Assembly (NCBI GenBank): GCA_030765845.1
Contig: JAVCDJ010000028.1
Coordinates: 1-63,289, forward strand
Direction of reading: 5' to 3'
Length of the DNA: 63,289 nt
DNA from: Candidatus Stygibacter australis
GTDB lineage: Bacteria; Cloacimonadota; Cloacimonadia; Cloacimonadales; TCS61
Shown here: piece after piece, positions 1 to 9,589 of the stretch
Layout: each line of letters begins with the position of its first letter
Numbering within the stretch: position 1 is the stretch's first letter
Made by a program: the position numbers and the translations under genes
Notes under the pieces: model-generated
The model's database searches: none
The model's input: only the letters and a program-made list of their open reading frames with translations
Told to the model about the DNA's origin: nothing

Positions 1-2
1 AT

Positions 3-779
3 TATCAAAAACAGAATATTGCCTATTTTGCAACCTTTGCAGTTTCATCACTGCTATCGGTATTTTTGATTGCTGCGGGAAAGACATCACTTGCTTTGAT
101 GGATACTGTGTGGGGAATTGGTCTTACTGCCCTGATATTTTTTTATTATCTTAAAAGTACTCACAATTACCACACAGCTTTTATGTATAGCTCAGGAAAT
201 GGTGTCTTATATGGATTTGTCAGACAATTGCTGTATGGGCAGTTCATAAATGATCAAATCAGTGAAAGTAGTTATCAAAGTCTGGAAATGATGAAAGAGA
301 TGTTCAAGGACAATCCAGAGTTCTTAACCCTGGCGGAACAATCTACCCAAACCAGTGTCACATTTTTTCATAATCACGGAACAGCTATCTGGTTTATGGT
401 GATTTTCTTTGCTCTTTATCTGGGCTCACTCTGGCTTTCTGCCAGAACAAAAACTAACTGGAATCATGCTGCATTTGCTCTGCCATACTGGTCTGCTTAT
501 CTGCTTATTTCAGCTATGCTTTTCTTTTTGATACCTGCAACGAGAACAACAGGAGCAAATCTTTTACTCATAATATTGCCATGTTTCTTGATTCAGGGTA
601 TTGCAGTTTCCTTTTATTTCTGGAAATTTACAACAACCAGCAATCGATTTGTGCTTTTCTTAATAATTTCAGTTATATTACTGAATTATATTCTTATTCT
701 CTTACTGATTTTGCTTGGTATTGCTGATCTCTGGTTACAATTCCGGCAAAAGCATCAGCAAAAATTGAAGTCGATGTAA
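3..779 (+). CDS. YybS/DUF2232-like membrane protein, 5' truncated by the window edge
   Basis: Frame is open back to base 3; multiple hydrophobic helices; ends LLGIADLWLQFR like YybS; lies directly upstream of rplI, the usual context. Confidence 0.6.
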   Translation, partial: YQKQNIAYFATFAVSSLLSVFLIAAGKTSLALMDTVWGIGLTALIFFYYLKSTHNYHTAFMYSSGNGVLYGFVRQLLYGQFINDQISESSYQSLEMMKEMFKDNPEFLTLAEQSTQTSVTFFHNHGTAIWFMVIFFALYLGSLWLSARTKTNWNHAAFALPYWSAYLLISAMLFFLIPATRTTGANLLLIILPCFLIQGIAVSFYFWKFTTTSNRFVLFLIISVILLNYILILLLILLGIADLWLQFRQKHQQKLKSM

Positions 780-807
780 AAAAAAATATTCATATCTGGA
801 GGTATAG

Positions 808-1254
808 ATGAAAGTAATATTAAAACAAGATATAAACAAAAAGGGACAGGCGGGTGACGTTATCAAAGTCGCTGACGGCTTTGCGCGTAATTATCTGCTT
901 CCCAGAGGTATTGCCATTGTAGCAAATACCTATAATCTCTCAAAAGTGGAAGCCATTCGCAAAGATGCTGAATTGGCTCGCCTGGAACTGGAGAACAAAT
1001 ATAAAGCTATAGCTGCTCAAGTGGCTGATGTCATTCTCACATTTAAAAGAAAAGCCGATGAACAAGAACATTTATTTGGCTCAGTTTCTGAAAACGACAT
1101 TGCTGATGTTTTAGCAGAAAAAGGTCTTGAAGTTCATAGGTCTAATATCAAAATGGAAAATCACCTGAAAAGTATTGGTGAATTCCAGGTTGCAATTTCT
1201 TTCCCTGGAGATATTAATTCTTCTCTGAAAGTTGTAGTAGAAAAAGACCAATAA
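808..1254 (+). CDS. rplI: 50S ribosomal protein L9
   Basis: MKVIL...G..GDVIKVADGFARNYLLPRG and LFGSV motifs; GGAGG RBS. Confidence 0.97.
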   Translation: MKVILKQDINKKGQAGDVIKVADGFARNYLLPRGIAIVANTYNLSKVEAIRKDAELARLELENKYKAIAAQVADVILTFKRKADEQEHLFGSVSENDIADVLAEKGLEVHRSNIKMENHLKSIGEFQVAISFPGDINSSLKVVVEKDQ

Positions 1255-1266
1255 CTGGAGGTTATA

Positions 1267-1836
1267 GTGAAGAAGATCCTCAATAAGGTAGTGAATGTTA
1301 TAGGCTGGCTTGTTCTGCTTTTAGCTTTTTCATCCATAGGCTTTGCTACCAGTAAACCTGCTCAGGGTGTTCCCCTGTATATGCTTTTTTTCCTTCTCGT
1401 TTTTGCTGGGGTATATTACTTTGTATCCAAGCAGAAGCATGATCAAAAGAAAGTAGCGGAAAAGAATAGTATTTTTCCCAGAATTATAGGTGGTGTTATA
1501 TTAGTTATCGCCTTATTAATGCCCTGGTTTGTTTTTGCCAAGATCAATCTCGCACCCTCTACCTATATTATCATTATAGCATTTACTGCTGTAATGATTT
1601 TTTTAGCACTTCTGGCAATAAGAATAATTAATCGGGCAGGGGAAAATACTAAACTTCGTCTTGCGGGTTATCTCATCCTCGTTGCTTTGGCTGCGATTCC
1701 GGCGATAGCTGCTATATATTTCTTTTTGCAGTATTTCAATAGACCCTATGATGCATTGGGTACAGCTTACTGGTGCACTGTTGCTATTGCGGTTTTCGCC
1801 TGGTGGGGATTTTCTTTAGTCGGTAAAAAATCATAG
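1267..1836 (+). CDS. hypothetical integral membrane protein (~6 TM)
   Basis: GTG start after GGAGG; alternating hydrophobic segments; tightly packed in the operon. Confidence 0.75.
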   Translation: MKKILNKVVNVIGWLVLLLAFSSIGFATSKPAQGVPLYMLFFLLVFAGVYYFVSKQKHDQKKVAEKNSIFPRIIGGVILVIALLMPWFVFAKINLAPSTYIIIIAFTAVMIFLALLAIRIINRAGENTKLRLAGYLILVALAAIPAIAAIYFFLQYFNRPYDALGTAYWCTVAIAVFAWWGFSLVGKKS

Positions 1837-1838
1837 TT

Positions 1839-2126
1839 ATGGCTTTTCGGGCTACCGGTGATTTTCTATATGATCTGATTATCAGAATTGCCGGAGAAGA
1901 CAACAAAGATTATACCACTATTCTGATGGGATGGAAGAAAATAGTTGGTAAATCTGTTGCTGAAAAAGCAAAACCTGTTAAATATGAAAATAATGTCCTG
2001 AAAGTTACTGTATCCAATAATATCTGGTTACAGGAAATGATTCTGTACAAGCATAAGATCCGGGCTAAATACCGGAAAAAATATGGTTTAGATATTCAGG
2101 ATATTATCTTTTTCGTTAAAACTTAG
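1839..2126 (+). CDS. DUF721 / DciA-like replicative helicase loader
   Basis: WKKIVGKSVAEKAKPVKYENNVLKVTVSNNIWLQEM fits the DUF721 pattern (W..IVG..IA....P......L.V.V.S..W.QEL). Confidence 0.7.
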   Translation: MAFRATGDFLYDLIIRIAGEDNKDYTTILMGWKKIVGKSVAEKAKPVKYENNVLKVTVSNNIWLQEMILYKHKIRAKYRKKYGLDIQDIIFFVKT

Positions 2127-2177
2127 GTAAATTATGCCGGGGATAATATTATCTCCGGCAAAAAATATGGTATTCTT

Positions 2178-2822
2178 ATGAAAATAGCTCCTTCAATACT
2201 CTCGGCTGATTTCCTCAATCTTGAGCGTGAGCTCAAAAAGGTGATCAAAGCTGGAGCAGACATATTACATCTTGATGTTATGGATGGGCATTTTGTTCCC
2301 AATCTTACATTTGGATACCCCTTGATCAAAAAGCTCAGACAAAATTTTGATATTCCACTGGATGCTCATTTAATGATCACAAATCCTGAAAGCTATATTC
2401 CGCTTCTGGCTGAAATCGGAGTGGATTTCATTTCTATTCATCAGGAAACAGTATATCACCTGCATCGCTATATTCAAATGATCAAGGATTATGGAATCAA
2501 AGCCGGGATTGCCTTAAATCCCTCTACCCCGGTTTCTACTATATTCCCAATCATCGAGCATCTTGATTTTGTGCTCATTATGAGCGTAAATCCTGGGTTT
2601 GGAGGTCAAAAATTCCTTCCCCTGGTTCTAAGAAAAATCTCTGAACTTAGGAATAAAGCTGAACAATTGAATCCAGATCTGTTAATTGAAGTTGATGGTG
2701 GAGTTAATCATATAAATGCTGCTGAACTAAAGAAAGCAGGGGCAGATATTCTGGTTGCCGGGTCATATATATTCGACTCGGAAGATCCATCTATCCCCAT
2801 TAACCTGCTTAAAAATCTATAG
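2178..2822 (+). CDS. rpe: ribulose-phosphate 3-epimerase
   Basis: IAPSILSADF, HLDVMDGHFVPNLTFG, MSVNPGFGGQKF, VDGG motifs. Confidence 0.97.
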   Translation: MKIAPSILSADFLNLERELKKVIKAGADILHLDVMDGHFVPNLTFGYPLIKKLRQNFDIPLDAHLMITNPESYIPLLAEIGVDFISIHQETVYHLHRYIQMIKDYGIKAGIALNPSTPVSTIFPIIEHLDFVLIMSVNPGFGGQKFLPLVLRKISELRNKAEQLNPDLLIEVDGGVNHINAAELKKAGADILVAGSYIFDSEDPSIPINLLKNL

Positions 2823-2830
2823 GATAATAT

Positions 2831-4156
2831 ATGTTTAATAGTCTCCAGGAAAGATTTGATGTGATTTTCCGAAAACTGAAAGGTAAAGGAAAACTCAATG
2901 AAGATAACATCAAAGATGCAATGCGCGAAATAAGACGGGCTTTACTGGAAGCTGATGTTAATTTTAAAATAGTAAAAAACTTTGTTGCTCAGGTTTCTGA
3001 AAAGGCAGTGGGACAGGAAGTTATGAAAAGTCTCACTCCTGGTCACCAAGTTGTGAAGATTGTTCACGAGCAATTGATACATCTGATGGGTACTGAGAAT
3101 TTTAAATTTACTCTTAATGACAATAAGATCAATAAAATTATGATGGTTGGTTTGCAGGGTTCTGGTAAAACCACAACAGCTGCTAAGCTTGCAAATCTCG
3201 GCAGAAAAAAGTTCAAAGGTATAGAACCCACTCTTGTGGCTTGTGATGTTTATCGTCCTGCAGCTATTGAGCAATTAACTGTTTTAGGAAAACAACTGGA
3301 TATCCCCACTTTCACCATAGATACCAAAAATGTTGTTAAAATTGCCAAGAAAGCCTTGAAACAGGCCGAAAACGATAATCATAATCTCATGATCTTTGAT
3401 ACTGCCGGAAGACTTCATATCGATCAAGTGCTTATGAAAGAGCTTAGAGACCTGAAACAGGCTATCCAGCCAGATTATATCTTTTTTGTGGCTGACGCAA
3501 TGACCGGACAGGATGCTGTTAATATCGCTCGAGAGTTCAATCAGCAACTGGAATTTGATGGAGTGATCCTCACCAAAATGGATAGTGATGCCAGAGGTGG
3601 AGCAGCTCTTTCCATAAAAGCAGTTACTGGGAAACCAGTTGTTTTTATTGGAGCAGGAGAAAAGGTCAGTGATCTGGAAGAATTCTATCCCAAGCGGATG
3701 GCTGATCGTATTCTTGGTATGGGAGATGTGTTATCTCTCATAGAAAAGGCTGAAACAGCCATTGATGAAGAAGAAGCCCTTAAATTAGCTGATAAAATGA
3801 AGAAAAATCAGTTCAATTTAACTGATTTTCTCAACCAGTTAGCTCAAATTAAAAAAATGGGTCCCATGGATCAGCTTCTGGGTATGCTGCCCGGAATGAA
3901 TAATAATGCCATGAAAAACATTAAAGTTGATGATAATGAAATGGGGAAAATTGAAGCAATTATCCTCTCGATGACTCCTCGTGAGAGAGATAAACCAGCC
4001 CTGATAAACGGCAGCAGAAGATTACGCATTGCCAACGGCAGTGGAACTACAGTACAACATGTGAATCGCCTGCTTAAGCAATTTGAGCAAATGAAGAAGA
4101 TGATGAAAAAATTTAGCAGCCCTAAGTTTATGAAAAGTGGTATGTTGCCTTTTTAA
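2831..4156 (+). CDS. ffh: signal recognition particle protein
   Basis: GLQGSGKTT, DTAGR, TKMDSDARGG, Met-rich M domain with RRLRIANGSG. Confidence 0.98.
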   Translation: MFNSLQERFDVIFRKLKGKGKLNEDNIKDAMREIRRALLEADVNFKIVKNFVAQVSEKAVGQEVMKSLTPGHQVVKIVHEQLIHLMGTENFKFTLNDNKINKIMMVGLQGSGKTTTAAKLANLGRKKFKGIEPTLVACDVYRPAAIEQLTVLGKQLDIPTFTIDTKNVVKIAKKALKQAENDNHNLMIFDTAGRLHIDQVLMKELRDLKQAIQPDYIFFVADAMTGQDAVNIAREFNQQLEFDGVILTKMDSDARGGAALSIKAVTGKPVVFIGAGEKVSDLEEFYPKRMADRILGMGDVLSLIEKAETAIDEEEALKLADKMKKNQFNLTDFLNQLAQIKKMGPMDQLLGMLPGMNNNAMKNIKVDDNEMGKIEAIILSMTPRERDKPALINGSRRLRIANGSGTTVQHVNRLLKQFEQMKKMMKKFSSPKFMKSGMLPF

Positions 4157-4228
4157 TTTTTACTTGACGAGATTAAGACTTAAAAAAAATTTCCTTAATA
4201 TTCTGGAAATGTAAATAAAGGAGTGTGA

Positions 4229-4597
4229 ATGGTAAAACTGAGACTGAAAAGAATGGGCACTGTAGATAAGCCCTTCTATCGTATTGTTGCTGTTGACTCA
4301 AGAAAGAAAAGAGATGGAAAGTACCTGGAATGTGTGGGATATTATGATCCCAAGACAGATCCACTTACACTCAAGGTTGAAGCTGACCGGGTTATATATT
4401 GGTTAGGTGTTGGTGCTCAACCTTCTGACACTGTCCGTTCTCTTTTCAGAAAAGCAGGTGTAATGGAAAAATGGCATAACCTGCGCTTTACAGCAAAAAC
4501 TGATCAAGAAACTGAAATTGTGGATGAAATTGTAGAAGAAATAGTACCTGTTACTGTTGAAACTGAAATTGCCGCTGAAACTGAAGGAGATATCTAA
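4229..4597 (+). CDS. rpsP: 30S ribosomal protein S16 with acidic C-terminal extension
   Basis: [10 protein letters not shown]...[14 protein letters not shown]. Confidence 0.97.
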   Translation: MVKLRLKRMGTVDKPFYRIVAVDSRKKRDGKYLECVGYYDPKTDPLTLKVEADRVIYWLGVGAQPSDTVRSLFRKAGVMEKWHNLRFTAKTDQETEIVDEIVEEIVPVTVETEIAAETEGDI

Positions 4598-4827
4598 TGA
4601 AAGAACTGATCGAATTTGTCGTGAAAGCTCTGGTAGACGATCCAGCTACTATCGAAGTTACTGAAGTAGCCGGAGATAAAGTGACAATCTTCGAACTTAG
4701 AGCAGATAAAGCAGATATCGGTAAGATCATTGGTAAAAAAGGACGCACCGCTGGTGCTATTCGTACCATCCTCAACGCCGTTTCTGCAAGACAAGGAAAG
4801 CGTGCTGTTCTCGAAATTATCGAGTAA
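4597..4827 (+). CDS. khpA: KH-domain RNA-binding protein
   Basis: DIGKIIGKKGRTAGAIRTIL GxxG KH motif; located between rpsP and rimM. Confidence 0.9.
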   Translation: MKELIEFVVKALVDDPATIEVTEVAGDKVTIFELRADKADIGKIIGKKGRTAGAIRTILNAVSARQGKRAVLEIIE

Positions 4828-5342
4828 TGACATTTGATGACCTTGTTCAAATAGGTAAATTAGGAAATTCCAATCGTGCCCCTGAGGGCTTCCTCAGATT
4901 TCAGCCTAATTGGAATTTCCATACTTATTTTCTCGATATTAAAGATATTTTTTTGGTCTTTACAGATCATAGAGTGCGTTATGTGACAATAGAAGATATT
5001 CGTCAGGATAAATTCTTTTGGATCAAGATTAAGGAAAGTGATGTTATTGAAGAAGTGATTGCTTGTAAATCTGTGCAATACTGTCTCCCGAAATCTTTGG
5101 TCAAATCTTCCCAATATCAGAATGATGATGATTTTCTCACTGGTATGACAGTGATGGTCGATAACCTCACTATAGGACAGGTAGTGGAGTCATTCTACAA
5201 TGGTGCTCATAATACTCTGGTCGTGAATACTACTGATCAGAAAGAAATTATGATACCTATTGTGGATAGATATATTATCTCCATTGACAAATCAAATCAT
5301 CTTATCATGGCAAAAAACGTTAAGGAACTTCTTGAACTATGA
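4827..5342 (+). CDS. rimM: ribosome maturation factor RimM
   Basis: C-terminal PRC barrel (GQVVESFYNGAHNTLVV...EIMIPIVDRYIISID); rpsP-khpA-rimM-trmD synteny. Confidence 0.85.
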   Translation: MTFDDLVQIGKLGNSNRAPEGFLRFQPNWNFHTYFLDIKDIFLVFTDHRVRYVTIEDIRQDKFFWIKIKESDVIEEVIACKSVQYCLPKSLVKSSQYQNDDDFLTGMTVMVDNLTIGQVVESFYNGAHNTLVVNTTDQKEIMIPIVDRYIISIDKSNHLIMAKNVKELLEL

Positions 5343-6016
5343 TTATTGATGTCATCACTCTCTTTCCTGAAATGTTTTCCTCATTTCTGCAAAGCAGCAT
5401 CGTTAATCGAGCTATCAAAGCCAAAGCTGTTGAAGTGAGATTCACTCAACTCAGGGATTTTGGTATTGGAAATTATAACCAGGTGGATGATTATCCCTAT
5501 GGGGGTGGTGCTGGTATGGTGTTGAAACCAGAACCGGTCTATCAGGCACTGCAAGCATTAAAGTTTCAGCAGAATAAGCGCCCTGTTATTTTCTTTACAC
5601 CACAGGCACCTTTGCTCAAACAAACTGACGTGAACCGGCTTTGCCAGACTGAACAGCTTATCATCATCTGTGGACATTATAAAGGTATTGATCAACGGGT
5701 TAGAGACGCATATGTAACCGAAGAATTCTCTATAGGTGATTATGTACTCACAGGCGGAGAACTTCCAGCCATGGTCTTTATAGATGCCGTAGCGAGGTTG
5801 CAGGATGAAGTGCTGGGTGATATGGAATCTGCTCTTACGGATTCACATCAGGACGGATTACTGGGTTGCCCCCAATATACAAGACCTGCTGTGTTCAATC
5901 AGATGACTGTTCCCGATGTTCTTACCAGTGGAGATCATAAAAAAATCTCTCAGTGGAGACAGGATAAAGCCTGGGAACTTACAAAAAAGATCAGACCAGA
6001 TTTAATCGATGAATAA
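5339..6016 (+). CDS. trmD: tRNA (guanine37-N1)-methyltransferase
   Basis: VDDYPYGGGAGMVLK, CGHYKGID.R, SIGDYVLTGGE, PQYTRP. Confidence 0.97.
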   Translation: MIIDVITLFPEMFSSFLQSSIVNRAIKAKAVEVRFTQLRDFGIGNYNQVDDYPYGGGAGMVLKPEPVYQALQALKFQQNKRPVIFFTPQAPLLKQTDVNRLCQTEQLIIICGHYKGIDQRVRDAYVTEEFSIGDYVLTGGELPAMVFIDAVARLQDEVLGDMESALTDSHQDGLLGCPQYTRPAVFNQMTVPDVLTSGDHKKISQWRQDKAWELTKKIRPDLIDE

Positions 6017-6575
6017 ACCTAATATCTATCTGGCTTTGATACATCATCCAGTAATTAATAAATTTGGTGATATTATCACTACCTCAATCACCAACCTGGA
6101 TATTCACGATATATCTCGATCCTGCCTTACTTTTGAGGTTAAGAATTTCTTTATTGTCACTCCGCTTTCCAGTCAGAAAGAGATGATCAGCAGAATTATG
6201 AAATTCTGGCAGACTGAAGCTGCAAGTAATTACAATGCTTTCCGCTCTCAGGCTTTAAATATTGTCAGACATGCTGATACTTTTGATGACGTGATTAAGT
6301 ATATACAAAAACAGGAAAGCAACGATCCAGTAGTCGTCGGCACAACCGCTATTGAAAGAAATGACCAGATCAATTATGGTGATTTCTGTAAAAATTACTT
6401 AGCAGGCTCATCTCCCGTTTTACTGCTTTTTGGTACCGGGAATGGCTTGGCTCAATCAATATTGTCCGAGTGTGACCTGATTTTGAAACCTGTTTATGGT
6501 TCTGGTCAATATAATCACCTCTCGGTGAGAAGTGCTGCTGCTATTATCCTGGACCGTTTGACTTCCGAAAAATAA
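6009..6575 (+). CDS. SPOUT-class RNA methyltransferase (Methyltrn_RNA_4-like)
   Basis: [28 protein letters not shown]; LLFGTGNGL; [17 protein letters not shown]. Confidence 0.85.
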   Translation: MNKPNIYLALIHHPVINKFGDIITTSITNLDIHDISRSCLTFEVKNFFIVTPLSSQKEMISRIMKFWQTEAASNYNAFRSQALNIVRHADTFDDVIKYIQKQESNDPVVVGTTAIERNDQINYGDFCKNYLAGSSPVLLLFGTGNGLAQSILSECDLILKPVYGSGQYNHLSVRSAAAIILDRLTSEK

Positions 6576-6585
6576 AGGAGGTAAC

Positions 6586-6933
6586 ATGAATATTATTCAT
6601 GAAGCTACTGCTGATCAGCTGAGAACTGATCACCCCGAATTCCGAGTCGGTGATACTATCAAGGTTCACTATCTAATCAAAGAAGGCTCAAAAGAAAGAA
6701 TTCAGGTTTTCCAAGGTATCGTGATGCAAAGAAGAGGTGAAAAAGTCTCTCAATCATTTACGGTGCGTAAGATAAGCAATGGCGTTGCTGTAGAAAGGGT
6801 TTTCCCCTTTCATTCCCCACACGTAAGCAAAATTGAAGTGATCAGATTTGGTCGCGTTAGACGTGCAAAACTTTTCTATCTCAGAAGAGTGAAAGGTAAA
6901 GCTGCTCGTGTGAAGGAAAAGAAACGCTATTAA
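6586..6933 (+). CDS. rplS: 50S ribosomal protein L19
   Basis: [12 protein letters not shown]...RIQVFQG...FTVRKIS.GV.VER.FP.HSP; [10 protein letters not shown]. Confidence 0.98.
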   Translation: MNIIHEATADQLRTDHPEFRVGDTIKVHYLIKEGSKERIQVFQGIVMQRRGEKVSQSFTVRKISNGVAVERVFPFHSPHVSKIEVIRFGRVRRAKLFYLRRVKGKAARVKEKKRY

Positions 6934-6941
6934 TCCATATT

Positions 6942-6966
6942 AGGGAGCGTCAGCTCCCTTTTTTTT
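6942..6966 (+). terminator. Rho-independent terminator after rplS
   Basis: AGGGAGC-GTCA-GCTCCCT followed by a T run. Confidence 0.9.
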
Positions 6967-6981
6967 ATCCTGGAGTTATAA

Positions 6982-7617
6982 ATGAAAATTATTGCCATAC
7001 TCACATTGATACTGATCATCACCTCTTCCCTATACGCTGTTTCTGATCAGCAGAATAAGTTAAATATTTCCTACCTTGATGATCTTGATCTTAAGCTGGT
7101 TGATTCTATAGATCTCATTATTGCTTTTAATAAAACCGCTGAGAATATGAAAGGATATATTGAAGGGGCTGAAGATTTCAGTGAATATCTTTTGGCTCTC
7201 ACAATGGAGATATCAACTCTCAGAAAAATGATCCAGCAGTCACAAGACCTTGATCCTGATCAAAGAGAAATTACTATCCGAAAAATTATGGAAGAAATGC
7301 AACCGGAAAGAATTAAAGTTAAAGAAAATATCGATAATGACCTGGATAAACAGAATTCCAAATATCTTGAGCAAAGACTCGTTAAATTAAGTCAACAGCT
7401 TATTTCCTATAAAACTGAGATAATGAAAGAGGAAAACATCATCTCGGAATCTCAAAAGATATCTCAAAATTATCTGGGTACTCATAATAGACATTTTGTT
7501 TATCATTTGCTTTATTGCTTCGCTTTGGATTATTCAATTCTTTCAAAAACTAATCGTCAGTTTCTCGTAGATCTCATTACTGCCGTGGATATGAATATCT
7601 ACAAGCAAAAATTATAA
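6982..7617 (+). CDS. hypothetical exported helical protein
   Basis: GGAG RBS; signal-peptide-like N terminus (MKIIAILTLILIITSSLYA); family not recognised. Confidence 0.75.
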   Translation: MKIIAILTLILIITSSLYAVSDQQNKLNISYLDDLDLKLVDSIDLIIAFNKTAENMKGYIEGAEDFSEYLLALTMEISTLRKMIQQSQDLDPDQREITIRKIMEEMQPERIKVKENIDNDLDKQNSKYLEQRLVKLSQQLISYKTEIMKEENIISESQKISQNYLGTHNRHFVYHLLYCFALDYSILSKTNRQFLVDLITAVDMNIYKQKL

Positions 7618-7635
7618 TAAAATTATATCAGATAT

Positions 7636-7673
7636 AAAAAAATCCCTCTACATTAGCAGAGGGATTTTTTTTT
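7636..7673. terminator. bidirectional Rho-independent terminator
   Basis: AAAAAAATCCCTCT-8nt-AGAGGGATTTTTTT between convergent genes. Confidence 0.9.
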
Positions 7674-7684
7674 AAGCTATTGCT

Positions 7685-7888
7685 TTATTTGCCCTGAAAT
7701 AAATCTTCTTCATTACATTTGCAAACTTTAATAAATTCATAACGAGGCATCCAGGTACCTGCTTTGGAAGCCCGGTTCCTGATCAGCTTCACTTTCTTGA
7801 TCTCTGTATTACACTTGGGACACATTACTTTCCCTTCTGTACTTAACTCATGCGCCAGTTTGGCTGCAAATGATCTTCCCTTTGCCAT
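7685..7888 (-). CDS. small basic Cys4 (CPKC...CKC) protein, possibly DUF4295-related
   Basis: AAGGAG RBS; 67 aa, Lys/Arg-rich; C23/C26/C56/C58; starts 16 nt after the efp stop. Confidence 0.75.
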   Translation of the reverse strand: MAKGRSFAAKLAHELSTEGKVMCPKCNTEIKKVKLIRNRASKAGTWMPRYEFIKVCKCNEEDLFQGK

Positions 7889-7904
7889 ATTATTACTCCT
7901 TGAG

Positions 7905-8465
7905 TTATACTCTTTCTATGTATTCTCCCGTCCTGGTGTCTATACGTACCTTATCGCCCACTTCTATGAAAAAGGGGACTGTCAGGTCTAAACCACGGTC
8001 GGTCGTCGCTTTCTTGCCACTTACGGAAGCCGAATTACCCCTCACATTGGGCTCGCATTCCTCAATGGCCTGCTCCACCACTATCGGTAACTCGATGCCT
8101 AAAATCTCGCCTGTCGGTCCAAGCTTCATCGCTACTTCCATATTATCTACTAAAAATTTTTCTGCATTCCCTATCGTTTCAGGGGGTACATTCAATTGCT
8201 CATAAGTGGTGCTGTCCATAAATACGTAAAAAGTACCATCAAAATATAAATATTCCTTCTTGTGCTTTTCCACCCGAACTTCGTCCAGCTTCTCACTTGT
8301 CCGAAATGTATTATCTATAACTTTACCAGTTCTGATATTTTTCAGCTTTGTGCGTACAAAAGCTGCACCTTTACCTGGCTTTACATGCTGAAATTCAACT
8401 ATCTCATAAAGACCATTTTTAAAATCGATGATCATTCCGTTTCTGATATCTGATGTAGTTGCCAT
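7905..8465 (-). CDS. efp: elongation factor P
   Basis: EFQHVKPGKGAAFVRTKLKNIRTG, VPFFIEVGDKVRIDTRTGEYIERV; ATG at 8465 chosen from the AGGAG spacing. Confidence 0.97.
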   Translation of the reverse strand: MATTSDIRNGMIIDFKNGLYEIVEFQHVKPGKGAAFVRTKLKNIRTGKVIDNTFRTSEKLDEVRVEKHKKEYLYFDGTFYVFMDSTTYEQLNVPPETIGNAEKFLVDNMEVAMKLGPTGEILGIELPIVVEQAIEECEPNVRGNSASVSGKKATTDRGLDLTVPFFIEVGDKVRIDTRTGEYIERV

Positions 8466-8572
8466 CAGCACTCCTTTTTCCTTCTTACAATTAACTTTAA
8501 CTCAATTTTTTCCTAAAAAAGCAATAAAATTTTTAACTCTATATCTGGCAAGCAAATTATTCAAATATACCC

Positions 8573-9550
8573 TTAGCGATATCTTCTTAAACGCTTGTGT
8601 TCTGTCTGATGTTTGCTTCCAGAAAATTTGTAGCCCAGGGTAAAGGTCAAATTATGCTGCTTATATTCCCAGGATTTCCGTAGAAAATCCTCAAGCATGT
8701 TACCTGATATAAATATTTCATTACTGAAATGCGGTGCATTGATACTTGTAATGCCATATATATAATTCAAATCGAGTATGAACCTTCTTCCTTCCAGACC
8801 CGCACCTGATATCAAATTAAATGAAAATCTATTTAATTCATCAAGGTCTATTTTGCCTGAGGTTTCCATAGGCGACTCATAATACGATGCATTTTCCCAA
8901 TAACTCCATTTTGAGGTTCCCTGCAGGTAGATATTTACTGCTATTCCCAATGAAATATGATGCCGTAAGTTCTTGGATACCTTCAGTTTATACTTTAATA
9001 CCAGAGGAACCTCCAGGTAATGCAAATGATAATCTATTGAAAGTTTGTTATTGATCTTAGATATCCCCAAGTCGACTTTAAGTATATTTTTCCAGTCTTT
9101 GCTGCTGTTATTGACTTTATAGTTAATTTCTGGCTGAAAGCCCAAGTGCTCAGTCAACCGCCAGGACAAAAACCAGCCACCTCTGAATCCAAATAGCGAA
9201 CCCATGAAAGTTTCCAGATCATCATTTAATTGCTCTCCCTCAACCGCTGAATGCAATCCATCAACCCTTCTGCGCATAGATTTAATATTATTCCAGCTAA
9301 GCTTGATCCCATAAGAAAATAGTTCATCGCTTAAAAACCGGCTTGCCAGCCATTTATAGAACTCTTTTTTTTGCTTGAATTCCCTGCCGCTTGGAGCATC
9401 CATCAACCTGTCATTCAGATAAAAACTCTCTCCTGGTATGTCATTTACATCATATTTACCTGGAAGATTGATCATTTTATCCTCTTCCTGGGCAAGCATA
9501 TTCATAGTCAGTATTACAGCTATAAATATCCCTAATAATTTAATGTTCAT
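8573..9550 (-). CDS. outer-membrane beta-barrel protein (PorT-like)
   Basis: Signal peptide; FQPEINY, YLEVPLVLKYK, GIAVNIYL, LDLNYIYGITSI and FTLGYKF strands typical of PorT/OMP_b-brl_2 proteins. Confidence 0.7.
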   Translation of the reverse strand: MNIKLLGIFIAVILTMNMLAQEEDKMINLPGKYDVNDIPGESFYLNDRLMDAPSGREFKQKKEFYKWLASRFLSDELFSYGIKLSWNNIKSMRRRVDGLHSAVEGEQLNDDLETFMGSLFGFRGGWFLSWRLTEHLGFQPEINYKVNNSSKDWKNILKVDLGISKINNKLSIDYHLHYLEVPLVLKYKLKVSKNLRHHISLGIAVNIYLQGTSKWSYWENASYYESPMETSGKIDLDELNRFSFNLISGAGLEGRRFILDLNYIYGITSINAPHFSNEIFISGNMLEDFLRKSWEYKQHNLTFTLGYKFSGSKHQTEHKRLRRYR

Positions 9551-9589
9551 CTGCGTATTAACACTCTTCTACTTTATAAATTAATTCTT

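Noticed and set aside
7890-7910. HAIR operator for HspR (CTTGAGT)
   Set aside because: Only a half-site; no ACTCAAG at N7 spacing.
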